Source: Pseudovirgaria hyperparasitica
Taxonomy: Eukaryota
Length of the DNA stretch: 64,000 bases
Reading direction: 5' to 3' (one strand)
Assembly: GCA_010093815.1 (NCBI GenBank)
Contig: ML996568.1
Part shown: one piece after another, positions 39,234 through 51,526 of the stretch
How positions within the stretch are numbered: position 1 is the first letter of the stretch
Layout of the letters: each line of letters starts with the position of its first letter
The notes under the pieces: generated by a model
What the model saw: the letters and a program-made list of their open reading frames with translations, nothing else
What the model was told of the DNA's origin: nothing
Database searches by the model: none
Translations under genes and position numbers: made by a program

Positions 39234-41420
39234 ATGGAGACCACGCCAAATCCAGTCAGTGATTTTCTGAATAATTACCGATCGGGGTTCGTTGGAGGCC
39301 ATGCCTGGGTCGACAGCTGCGTGAATGCGCTCCGAGTAGTGGCCCCTTCTGAACCAGACGCGGTCGCAGCAGTGCTGGTCAACTTCTATGGTGTTGCGAG
39401 TGGTGCAACAAATGGTTCGTTCTCGGACACATGGGGCATTTCCGCGGCTGGATGTCAGCGATACTGTAGCCGGGCAAGACTGGAGATGAAGTTCGACTAC
39501 AGTGTGTTTTCGGCTGGTCTAACGAACTACTTTTTACCTTGGTTGTTTCTCTCGGCGCAGTTGCCATTCGATACTGGATCCCCCTTCAAGAACTTCATGA
39601 GTCTTTGCCTCGCGATAGGTAGTCCGATGCTGATCACTTTCTCTCTGTTCTCGACTGCTCTGAATGGAAACTGGATATACAATCGATTCCAGAGGGTGAC
39701 ACACAGCCCAGATGGCTTCTTCCATCTCCAGGAAGCTGCGAAAGGTGCGCGAGACTTTCTTCGTACATCCCAACAATCTCCCATCAGGATCAATACAGAA
39801 GCATTCATGCGTTTGTTTGCCAATGACGAGACTGTTTTGAGACTATGGTGGAGATCTCTGTATACTCGGCTGACGAGAACCCGACGCCCATTCACGTTCT
39901 CTCTTATGGCACAAGGACTTTTCGCCGTCATAGTTTGGGCGTTGACGATTGCCGGCAACTTTGTCACTGGACTTGGTGTTCCTTCGCAAGCGCTACTGCT
40001 GTCGTCCGGCACACTCTGGGTCTGGCTTATTCCAGTCATAGTCGGATGGGTGTTTGTGGGGTCTCAGTCTATGGAGGACGGCATCAGTAATGCGTTGCTC
40101 GAGTACGCCGATGGTGGTAGTCGACCCGAAAAACAAGTGGCACTTCAAGCTCGCTCAGGCTTCGCGCACTCGCTCGAGTCGGAGAAATTGCCTGACGTAC
40201 TTTGGAGCAAGGTTCAGGGTGACGAGCAGCTCCCAGGCCCAACCTTTAACTACGCGCGAATCTTCACGACACCACGTCTCGCAGCATCAGTCGCCTCGGC
40301 ATTCGAAAAGAAACTAGAAGAGCTCCGAGAAGACGGCGATCCCAACCGGACTGAGGACTTGCGGATGTCTCGACAACTAGCTGGACAAAGACGACCATCG
40401 CCACAAGAACTTCTAGGTTGTAGCCACGGGTCTCCCCCAAATATATTTTTAGACAATTATGAGATAACACGCTCCTCAAATGCAAATCGACGACAGACAA
40501 GTGCCGTTAGTGAAGGCGATATCGAGCACGGAGGAGCGAACGGTCTTAAGCTGGCATCTCTACCTACATCGCTTGAACTATCAAGAAGCCGTTCACGAGG
40601 CACCAGTCCCGGCAAAACGTCTCACGATTCGCAACACAAAAGACCACTGTCACCAAAATCAAGGCCGTCTGTACCTGTAGATATACCACAGGGTGAGGAG
40701 TATAGATCCGGTGCCGCGGCCCCAAAAGCAACGGTCGAATCGGGGACTCTGAATGTTCCTCTCGGCAATGTACACGTCCAGACACGCGCATCCTATGGAT
40801 CGACCGTTAACGGGGAGTCAGAGCCTCGGGCTTACGCCGAGTGGCGAGACCTGGATTCATCGTGGAAACGGAACATCGTCGTGTCAAACGTCATTGCCTT
40901 CTTCCTGCAATGGGGCGTTACAGGAGCAGCTGTGGTCATCGCCTACAACACTCCAGCGTACGGAATCGGTTGCAGGCCGTCCAGCTATCTTCTCTACGCG
41001 ATTCTTGCAACTGCTGCGCATATCCTTCTCTTCATTTCTGTATTCCTCTCTCACGAAGTGATGTTGAACTATCAAAACGGAAGTGCAACTATCACCTGTA
41101 AAAGCCCGCGCAACTATCGTGTATACATTGTCTCTGCCCTTGCGGTGATGACACGAATTACCGGAAAGGCGATTGCCATAGCGAACACCTTTTGGATCAT
41201 TCTGAGTTCGTTGTTTGAATTGGTAGGTCTGTATAACAGTTGTTTCTGTGAAGCATCGATGCTTATACCAAAAGCAACATCGTGGGTCCTATTGTTCTCA
41301 TCGCAGTCGGGGGAGCTTCGTCATAATGCCGGGCGGTACTGGGCCGGGGGCATTGTCATGAGTGCCCTGGTATGCATGATTACGTGCTGGATTGTGTACC
41401 TGTATCGCACAAGAGCTTAA
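39234..41420 (+). CDS. Uncharacterised multi-pass membrane protein
   Basis: 728-codon intronless ORF with two clusters of hydrophobic helices separated by a Ser/Pro-rich loop, and a Cys-containing N-terminus. Confidence 0.85.
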   Translation: METTPNPVSDFLNNYRSGFVGGHAWVDSCVNALRVVAPSEPDAVAAVLVNFYGVASGATNGSFSDTWGISAAGCQRYCSRARLEMKFDYSVFSAGLTNYFLPWLFLSAQLPFDTGSPFKNFMSLCLAIGSPMLITFSLFSTALNGNWIYNRFQRVTHSPDGFFHLQEAAKGARDFLRTSQQSPIRINTEAFMRLFANDETVLRLWWRSLYTRLTRTRRPFTFSLMAQGLFAVIVWALTIAGNFVTGLGVPSQALLLSSGTLWVWLIPVIVGWVFVGSQSMEDGISNALLEYADGGSRPEKQVALQARSGFAHSLESEKLPDVLWSKVQGDEQLPGPTFNYARIFTTPRLAASVASAFEKKLEELREDGDPNRTEDLRMSRQLAGQRRPSPQELLGCSHGSPPNIFLDNYEITRSSNANRRQTSAVSEGDIEHGGANGLKLASLPTSLELSRSRSRGTSPGKTSHDSQHKRPLSPKSRPSVPVDIPQGEEYRSGAAAPKATVESGTLNVPLGNVHVQTRASYGSTVNGESEPRAYAEWRDLDSSWKRNIVVSNVIAFFLQWGVTGAAVVIAYNTPAYGIGCRPSSYLLYAILATAAHILLFISVFLSHEVMLNYQNGSATITCKSPRNYRVYIVSALAVMTRITGKAIAIANTFWIILSSLFELVGLYNSCFCEASMLIPKATSWVLLFSSQSGELRHNAGRYWAGGIVMSALVCMITCWIVYLYRTRA

Positions 41421-42259
41421 CGAGCAAAACACAACAACGCTCAAACATATTCATCCACGTTCCCAGCCACAGTGCTTCTTCATGTCAATGGACCATGTAT
41501 AGTTACGGCCGAGCTCTTGTAAGCGAATGAGGCTAGTCGTTGTGGCATCGGAAAGACAAAAGACCGGAACTCTGGGTCTAATTATCGGATTCAATGATTA
41601 GTCAAGGATTATTCTGATCTGAAAAGGCTGGTGCCTCGAGCCGAACCTGGTCTGGGCTTCTCCAAGTTGGAACAAGCTTTAACAAGCTGTGTCTTTCTAA
41701 CCAAACCCGGCCAAGAGCCCTTGCAATTACAAGAGACTCTTGCTCCCGTATGCAAGCACATCCATATTCAAGTCTCGCAACGATAACTGAATCTGATGCA
41801 TGTTACTGGATACCCAGATCTCTCTGTTCATAGAAGTGGCTGCTTGAGCAGTGGGCCCTTAGAAAAGTTTGAGGTGGGCCTGGAAATGCCGAAGCGGAGC
41901 ATGTCTTGGCATCAGATGCCACGCGTCCCTGCTGCTTCGGATGCTAGTTTCCCCTGCGAGGTTGCTGAACCCACCGTTAGATCAAGTCTCGCGTTGGATT
42001 GAGCGAGAGAAAAGATTGGCTGCTATCTACCAGTCCAATTGCCCATGGACATAAGGGCTGGCAAGTGTAAGCCACGCGTGGTAGCGTAGTAGGGTTACCG
42101 GATGTTTTACACTTCGGTGAGGCCCTCGAGCTTCTTCTTCACTCTCGTTTTCCTAGTTTGCTCATACAATATATTTCTTTACTTTGAAGCATCCTTCTTT
42201 CGGTCGCGATTTCGTCTATTTCTTTGTCTCGACAGTCGTCAAACTTTCCAATCCTCACA

Positions 42260-43528
42260 ATGGCTCCAAGAAAGGTCCTTGCAGACACACAGCTGCGGGA
42301 CGAGACTGTGGACCACTTTTCCATAAAATACAAGGCTATAGTCTTGACCCTTCGATCTCTTGCAGTTGCTCTTTCATTTGGCACGCTATCGCTATACATT
42401 GTAGCACTGTGCTTGTATCTGGTGCGAACGCATGGCGATATTGACGTCGAGGCAACCTTCAAGTACTTGTCCATTACTGGTGTAGGTTTCACCCCGAGTA
42501 GCAAACGCTCAGATGGTTGACTTGATGCAATCATAGTCGTCATTTTCGGCAGCATGGCATCTCTTCGCCATGTGCCTTCTTGGCTCTGGAGCGCTCAACC
42601 GGATCCCCCGATGGTTCTACCTTGGTCTCGAGATTGGGTCAGGTGTTTTGATGGGAATCCTGGGCTATCTGAGCTATGCACAAGATAGAATCGGGAGACC
42701 TCCTCAATTCACACCTGAGTATCAAGAAGAGGCCATAAAGAGTGGTGCCGTAGGTGTTCTGACAGCCGCATGGTAGGCTCGAAATCTATTCGTCGTTCAA
42801 ACATGTGTCTGATGTATCATAGCGCCGCGCACCTCGGGTTCTTCATCTTTGGGCTGTGTAGTAAAGCGAGACCGGTCGATAGCGACACCGAAAGGAATCG
42901 GTCCTGCGACGCATGCACGTCGCTACATAAGATACCCTCGACCACCACGACAACGGAACCTAGACCAGTCAGTCCAGCGCATGTCTCAGCCGAACCACGC
43001 ACGGAGAATGAGCCCACGACGACCACAGTTCCAACAAGCACTCGACCAATTACCATCCCCGATGAAGATGCACCTGCATACACGCCCGGCGACTATCAGC
43101 ACGGCTTCGAGCTGCGGACTCTCAATCGCCAACACACCCCTCGCACGACTGCAGCATCATCTTCCACAGCCACAGACGCGCCCATCTTACTTCCTGCTCA
43201 CCACACCTCACCCTTCGACCACTCACTCGCCACTCAATCAGGCATGTTGCGTCCAACACCAAGCATGGCCCCTGTCGCACCACAGCTCGCCTCTGCGTCC
43301 ACAACAGAAAAAGCGCAACGGCCACAGTCGCGACTATTTGGTTCCGAGAGAAGTGATCTGGATTTCGCGAATGTGAGCCCAAGCTTGCCATCGAGCCCTA
43401 CAGTGGAGCACTATTCGGATATGCAGAGATCGTCTGATGTGCCGTCAAGCAGCGGGAGTGTGAGTGCTGAGCCAGGGCAGGAGACGAGACAGAGGTCAAT
43501 CGAGAAAAATCCAGACGGGCCTTCTTGA
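42260..43528 (+). CDS. Hypothetical ~4-TM protein with Ser/Thr/Pro-rich tail
   Basis: Introns 42482-42536 and 42773-42822 join three ORFs in frame (ITG|SSFSAAWH; TAAC|AAHLGFF). Confidence 0.75.
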
Positions 43529-46440
43529 AAGTGATTCTTGTAATGAACACGAGAGTCGAACAAGCTATCAGATGCCTCGATGAGGCTGTAACCCCAATAT
43601 CAAAGGGACGGTAGGCCGCGAAGAGAGCCAGAGAATCATCGACGCCAATCTTGGACAGGATCCTTCGCGGGGAGGTAAGGCGCGCAAGCACATACACTTT
43701 GCTTGCCGCCAAATTTGGACATCCATTTGAGACTTACATTCCATGTTCTACGCAAGACGCGAGATATGAGACTCTCAGCATGATTTTGATGCTATATGTA
43801 CTCACATTGCTGTACGAAGCCTTGCCCTAAAGGTTTCGGATTAAGATCGGAGTTAAGGCATAACAATATACCCATTCATAGGACCTGCAATTTCATCACC
43901 ATAGTAATTTTCCCATCGCTGTTGGGGTTTAGTATTCTAACAAAATTAACAAGTCCACCAGAATTGTCAATGCAGAATTTGGTTCTGACGTATAATTATC
44001 AAGGGCGAATGTTGCACGAAGCTTGCGAAGCTTTTTTCGGCGGTGATCCGGCCTTGTTTGAAAGACCCTGAATATGAGGCTGAAGATTGGGTGCTCACGT
44101 GTTGCGATAGCTGCCGATGAAAAGAACATGGATTATCCACGCTCGTCTTATGCAGGTGGCGTATCCCTGCTGAAGACGTCATTTGGAAAACTCGATTGCG
44201 CGAGACGAGATTCGATATAATCACACAAGTGCGTTTTTGCTATTGCCCGGTTGGAGTAAATGAGGTATCAGAGCACGTCGCAATAGCTGGTTTGTGGGAT
44301 GTGGAAGTGAGAATCAGTTGATCGCGAAATATTTGTGGGCGCCAAGCTGGCTATAGGGAAATTTACTTGGTCAGACCGTCAGAGGCGCATATAGCACTTA
44401 AGCTATGTTGCTTAACCTATGACGCATGGTCGACGAACATCTGCTAACTGCTACAATATGAGGAAATACAGTATTCGCCGCAAAGAGAGAGGTGGAACTA
44501 GGGCGTTTGTGGCGCGAGAGAACTGGAAAAGGTCGAGTTGGCTAGAGGAAAACAGCGTGGCACGAGTGAATGTCGCGGAGGAGCAGTGCAATTCGATGTA
44601 AACGTTGCTCAGGGAACAATAATAGTCTGTGTGCTCGTCGCGAAAGCGGTGCAGACTGTGTTTCCGGGGTGCAGTGATATTCGCAATTTGCAGTGCATTC
44701 ATGCATATATAGGGAGACCGTACACGGAAATTTCTCCGGATGCGCGAAACACTGGTGTATCTTCTTCGTAGCAATGGTGTCCTTTCTCACGAACGATTAG
44801 CCACACAAGTCGTGTCATCTCACCTATTGTTCACTCTCTGTCTGATCTTGGTGACGATGTGATAAGAATAGCCTATAGCGCTAGCTAGATATGGCTCGAG
44901 GCCTAGATCGCGCCTGGTGTTTCGCGACGGGTGCTGGATTTGCAGGTATGGTAAGGACTGACGACGCGCGTGTATAAGGAACCGATCGATGCGGCGCTTT
45001 CGTGAGAATGAATACAGGAGTAGCGGAGTTTGTATGGAAGATTTGAAGCGTCTTGCTAGGCGGAGAATAGCAGAGAGAGTGTGATGTGTAACGTGCTGGG
45101 TGTACTGGACTAATAAGGCCGCGTGGCATGTATGGTATCGAAGATGGACGAGGCTCAGGGGCAGAGTGGAGCCAGGGTATGCTGGGATGGCGGTGGGAAC
45201 GCGCAACGCTATGACCTCAGTCGTGCGGCCACCTCTCAAGCTCGATTCGCGATGACGATTGATGGATGTACTGGATATAAACGAGTCGAGCAAGTCGAGA
45301 TGAAGCTGAGCAGGATGGACGATAGGTAGGTAGGTATATCGAGGCAGCGAGTGATCAGCCGCTTCCGCTCCTCAGCCGGCTGCTCCAACTGTCCAACGCT
45401 GTCATTGTTTCAGTGGCAACGCGCCAAGTAACGCAGTTGTGGCTTCAGCATGAAATTGTTCGATTATAATTGGAGCAGATCGTGCATCGATGGTGGATCC
45501 TGAGCGGGTTCCTTGCAGGCCGGGGGGTTGAAGGATAAGGGTCGGTAAGGGTAAGGATGGTCGGCTTGGCTCCCAGGGCTGCTGGCGCCGCGGGCACTGG
45601 GAACTTCAAGGAAGTAAGCGACGAACATGGAACGGCGCAAGGCAGGGCACTGGAAGGAATCCACCAGTACAGTAATTATTTGCCCTGTAAGACAGCTCAA
45701 GCACCCAGGCTCCAGCTGCAAGGAAGAGGGGAGAGGGGGGGGGAGGGTCTGGTTCTCGCGTGTTATTTGGCGGGCAAGCAGCGCAATTGGAAGCCTTGAT
45801 GAGCCTCTCCCGTCTGCGCGAAATCGCCATCGCAGATTCGGCCTTTGTGGGAGATCATCCCTTTGCGACTCTCCTCGCGCTCTCTCTCTCTCTTCTTGAC
45901 TGTCCCTAGTTAGTTTCCTTCTACGTATCCTCTTGTTCTTTCCCACTCCACTCTCCCAAACAGCTCTGTGCATAGTCCTTTTGTCTGCACTCCCACGGCC
46001 GATCGCATTCTTCTTTGTACTACTCTTCATTTACTGCCTCTCTGGCCATCTTTCCGGAACGTGCATCGCGTAGCCCTCTCCTGATTCAACTCGACAGAGC
46101 TTTTTTCTTTCCCAGTGCGTGCTTTCATAGTGCAAACGATCGACGTTCACTTCCACAACAACGACCCGTCAAGCCTCCATACAGCTTCATCTCTTTTTTG
46201 CTGCTCCTTCGATACCTTTGTCGCCTCATCGCTTCCGACTACTCTTGTCTGCTTGTCAACAGGTCCTCGTATACTCTATGCTGTCTTCTTGCCGTCATTG
46301 AGGACCACACACCATCGCTCTGGTCTCTTAGGACCTCCATCCTTCCCTTCCTCGCCAACCTCTGGCAATTGTCTTGGACGCCATTACCGCTTTCACTCCA
46401 CCTACCTAGTCTATAATCGACTTCTGTCTAGACTTCCAAT

Positions 46441-48667
46441 ATGTCCTACAATGACGAACTTGGCCCTCGTGGCAACGCACCACCACATATCCGACTGAAC
46501 TCTGGTTCAAACGACGCCTTTGCCGACAGTGACGGCATAAGACCCTCAATGGCTCGAGCTCCATCATCGCGGTCTTTGATACCACAATCGCCTGGGATAC
46601 GGCCGGGGACCGCTGGTTCTCTGTACCATCACGGTGCTGCCACGGAATCTTCAGAAATATCATCATCAGAACTGCTCCTACCTCCTAAGAAATTCGGAAA
46701 GTCAAGACGGTATCGGGATGAAGAGTCGCCTGTTTCTCCACATTCGGGAATGTCGTCGAGACGTTCAAGCTGGGACTCACAATCAGACTCTGTTCGGAGT
46801 CGGAACAGTCTGTATGGTGGGCCATTCGCGAGTCCCTTCGACGATTCCCGCACACCGTCGAGAGCTGGAAGCGAGGATGATTTGAACACTCAGACGGTCT
46901 CCGAAAAATACAACATTCTACCTTCAGCTGGTCTGTTACTCTTTCCAGAGGACGTTGAAAAGGATGACTACCTCCACAATCCTGATCCGAACGACAAGGA
47001 CCGAGACACTTGCGGTGACATATTATCAAGGCGTGGCTTGATAAACTTAGGAGGCCTTGGCTTTATCATTATCGGAATCTTCTTCTTATTCATTGGCTAT
47101 CCAGTGCTGTAAGTAACGACAATGGTAGTATGGACTTGGCGCTGACAAGACTGACCAGGACTTACGTTCACGACGTAATACAACCCGAAGACGACGGATG
47201 CACGAACAATCCATTGTGTATAGACGTGGGCCACTCTATCGACCACATGCAAAACATTCGATTCAAACTCATAGACGAGGATACACCCGACCATGCCAAG
47301 ACCAGAAAAGACCGCAATGGCAAAAAGCAAGTTCTCGTGGTGCGTATCGTCACATGCAATTGCTGCTCTGTATTTGCTGATCAGATTAGTTTTCGGATGA
47401 ATTCAATGTTGATGGTCGCACGTTCTACGAAGGTGATGACTCGTATTTCCAGGCTATGGATATCTGGTACGGTGTAACTCAGGATCTTGAGGCGAGTATC
47501 AACTTTGGCATTTGTAAAAACATCCTCTAATATACGTCTCAATAGTGGTACGACCCTGATGCGGCTACAACTAGAGACGGCACACTCGAGCTTCGCTTCG
47601 ATGCATTTCAGAATCATGGTCTCAACTATCGCTCTGGCATGCTACAATCGTGGAATCAAATGTGTTTTACCGGCGGTTACATCGAAGCCAGTATCTCACT
47701 TCCTGGGCGCGGAGATACAATGGGTTTCTGGCCTGGTTTCTGGACAATGGGAAATCTTGGTAGACCTGGTTACGCTGCAAGCACAGACGGCATGTGGCCT
47801 TACTCGTATGATGATATCTGCGATGCTGGCATCACCGCAAATCAAAGCCAAACGGACGGTACCAGCTACTTGCCTGGCATGAGATTGCCGGCATGTACCT
47901 GCGACGGAGAAGATCACCCAAACCCAGGTGTGTCCCGAAGCGCGCCAGAGATCGATGCCCTCGAAGCAAGTGTTGGCTATCTCGACCCTCCGTCCAATGC
48001 GGCCATTGGTGAAGTATCTCAGTCCTGTCAGATTGCGCCTTTTGATCTATTCTGGCAACCAGACCTAGGTAAGCTTTCTACATTAGGTTCGTATCCTTGA
48101 CTAACATAGACAGAATATGTCGAAGTCTATGACCACAGCATTACCAAGATCAATTCTTACCAAGGTGGTGTGTTCCAGCAGGCCATATCCGGATTGACCC
48201 ATCTGAACAACAACTGGTATGATGGCAAACAGTATCAGACTTACGCATTCGAGTACGAACCTGGTCGAGATGGTTATGTTACTTGGTTCGTCGGCAAGGA
48301 CGAGACCTGGACGCTGTACGCGGATGCCCTGAGGCCGAACGGCAACATTGGGCAGCGTGTCATTCCTCAGGAGCCAATGGCCATGATCATGAACTTTGGC
48401 ATGTCAAACGGTTTTGCTGCGCTCAACATGACCGGGTTAGGATCATTGATGCCAGCTACTATGCGCTTTGACTACGTACGAATTTACCAAGACGAAGACG
48501 CCGTATCAGTCACGTGCGATCCTCCCGGATTTCCCACTACAGCGTACATCAACAAGCACAAAGAAGCCTACTATAACCCCAATATTACCCTCTGGAAGCA
48601 GACGGATTTCGATTGGCCAAAAAACGAGTTCGTCGACGGATGCAAGGCCGCCAAAACCAAGGAGTGA
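46441..48667 (+). CDS. KRE6: Beta-1,6-glucan synthesis-associated GH16-like type II membrane protein
   Basis: Motifs [13 protein letters not shown] ending [51 protein letters not shown] and [10 protein letters not shown]. Several introns. KRE6/SKN1 family. Confidence 0.93.
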
Positions 48668-49708
48668 AACGGACAAGAGTCTAGTTTAGGCCTTGTATAA
48701 CATGTCTACCTCAACCAGCGAATGTGTAAAAGTTGTTTCATCTATTTGATCCTTCCTACGACGTCAGGAGGTCACGAGCGAGTGCATCATACCCCTTTCC
48801 AGCCCTTGGCATGCTGGGCATCCCAACCCACGATTAATCACTTACGCATCATACGGAGTTGGCGCGCACCTATCGATTTTCTTAACGCTACTAGATATTC
48901 AGTCGGTGTACATGAATTGGCTAGTTCTACGTGTACTTGATATACATGCATTGCATTCTCTACGAAATTAAATGCTTCACTCAAGACCGGCACACATACC
49001 AGAGAAGGAGCATTGCAGATTCGAGCCCATGCGAGCAAACAGTTGTTCAGCAAGGATCGACGAAAAGATGCATTCGTCAGACTTAATATTAAATTCTGCA
49101 AAGATTGAATCAGCATGTCATTTGTGCAGTGTACAACCTCCACGCTTCGCCACGAGCCATTTGCCGCAGCTGCTTGGTAGAATGCAGTGGGCACGATGTC
49201 TTCGCTGTAGAAGCTACGTCTTGAGTCCACATGAACTCGATTTCGGGATGTGATCTTTGTTGTGCCGTTGCTGCGACGGAGAGCTTCTGTGATTTAGATG
49301 TGAAGAACGAAGAAGCCCAGTCGGCATGCTAGAAGGTAACATCACGAAGTAGTGTAGGCGGTAAATGTAAATTCAAAAGAGATCCAAAAGACATAGCGTT
49401 TCATAGCAGTTCTCCCCTCCCTTTCCTCTCCCCCTCTTTTCCTCGGGGCATCTGGCTCAGCGTAACATCGCGGTAGTAATGCAAGACAACTCAACTGCTA
49501 AGAATTCAAGGCTTAATCAAGTGAATTAAAGCCTCCCTGACTCTTTGCCTTCTTTATTCCCCTACGCAATTCACCTTACATTGAAATGAGTTTCTTTATT
49601 TGATACGTCATCTAGGTGAAGCACATTTCACATTCGGCTCACTTCACAAAGTCTATTTCTCGAAACTAAGGTTTTTATCCATCCTGTTCGAGGATCTACT
49701 AGCGTACA

Positions 49709-50921
49709 ATGTCAACAGACCCTGCTGACCGCTCGTCCAGCCGATATTATCCCCCCAAGTCCTCTTCCTCTACACCTGAGTTTTACAAATATAGCCAGAA
49801 AGTGACTGCCACCACAGTCAAAATGAGCTTAACGACCGAAACTAAATCCGAGAAGCCAAAGTCCGATGCGAAAGAGCTACTGGAAGTCATCGAACTTGAC
49901 GAGGACTGGAATTTGACCGTTGTGATTGGAGCTGTCCAGCAACGTTTTCGAGTTTGCCGCCAGGCGCTGATGGTAAGCCCAGTCTGGCGACGCATGTTTG
50001 GTCCACCATTCGGAGAACCGGACATGTCTGAGATCAGCATGCCAGAGGATGACGCGAATGCGATGGGCATCGTGCTCAATATGGCCCATCACAAGTACGA
50101 AGCTGTGCCTAAACGCCTAGACACTACTACATTCTATAACGTCGCTCTGCTCGTCAGCAAGTACAGCTTGGAGACTCTCGTGCTTCCATTCTGGAAGCCA
50201 TGGTACGATGAACTTATTGGAATGCACGACCCGTTCTCGCCGACTCCACATCCATATCTGGTCTTCATCGCGTGGGCTTTCGGAGACGTGGAACTGTTCA
50301 CAGCGACTACTCTATCCTTGATAATCCACGCATCTCCAGAGAACCCAGATAATCCCACGGACTGTAGCCTTGAAGCTATGGCCTTGTGCAGAATGCCTCC
50401 AGGTGTCCTAGGTGAGTGTCTCCGGACCAAAACATTTCCCAGCAAACTCACACCTCATGTGTCCCATAGATCGTATCATCGACACCAGAACGTCCAAACT
50501 TGCAGACATGCTCCAGTTGATCCAGGACCATATGGAACTGGCCTTGCAAGACCATTGCCTGTTAGACGACCGTGCATGCGACTCATGCATGCTAGGATCC
50601 TTCATCAAATCGCTCGACGAGGCAGGACTCTGGCCAATCCCCGACAATCCTTCCGACTGCAGACTGAGCCTGAACGAGATGAACAGGCGGCTGGAAAAAA
50701 TCATGATCGAGCCTATGCCGTCCATCGAGACTACAAAATACCAGCAAGGCTCGGTTCACGCGGCTTGCGCAGCGACGTGCCAGTTTGATCGCGAGGGGCT
50801 TAGGGATGTGTATCGGTCGATTGCCGCGCCTATAGATAAGGCTCTTCGCCGCCACATGGATGTGCAGCGCACGAAGTTGAATGGGCTGACGAAGCGCAAA
50901 AGAGAGGATTGGGGTGTCTAG
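49709..50921 (+). CDS. Fungal BTB/POZ-domain protein
   Basis: FRVCRQALMVSPVWRRMF...ISMPEDDANAMGIVLNMAH...VSKY; intron 50412-50469; C-terminal CDSCMLGS...GLWP. The start may be 49823. Confidence 0.8.
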
Positions 50922-51526
50922 GTCGTGGCTGCATTGTTTGTATCACCCAATTTACTTTATCCTATCCCGGGGCGCACCAACTGACATTTTTGCATCCTTA
51001 CAGCATATTCAGGTTCATTCCATCGGCACAACTCTGAGGTTAGCTATTGACAGAATGGCGCCTTCTTGCCGCTCTTCAAAATGCTTGATAATGTCACGAT
51101 CGTTCATCCAATGTTGTATTGCCACCCTCTTCGTCGTTCAAATTCCTCGGCTATAGGAAGGCGTTCTAATCACTGCTACCGCTGAAGTACCAGACCGAAA
51201 TTGGAGAATGGCTGTAATACGGAGATGTTCTGACATTGTGGTTACTCTACATAGAGGAGGGACCAATGCGGTGCTGTTATGTTCATAATTTGACATGAAG
51301 CATGAAAATGAAGAAGCGTAACAACACTGTGCCATGCATGCAAACGTGACGAGGAACTCATCTCTGTCCTCCTTGAGATCGTCACTCGACTAAGTTTATC
51401 TCCCAAGAGAAAGAGCTCTTTTCTATGTTGTTTCCAGTTCACACAAGTAAAGAAACGCTAATGGTTAATTAACATAGACTGATCGTTCACCAACATGGGT
51501 AATTAGCCTCTTCAAGAGTCCAAGTC

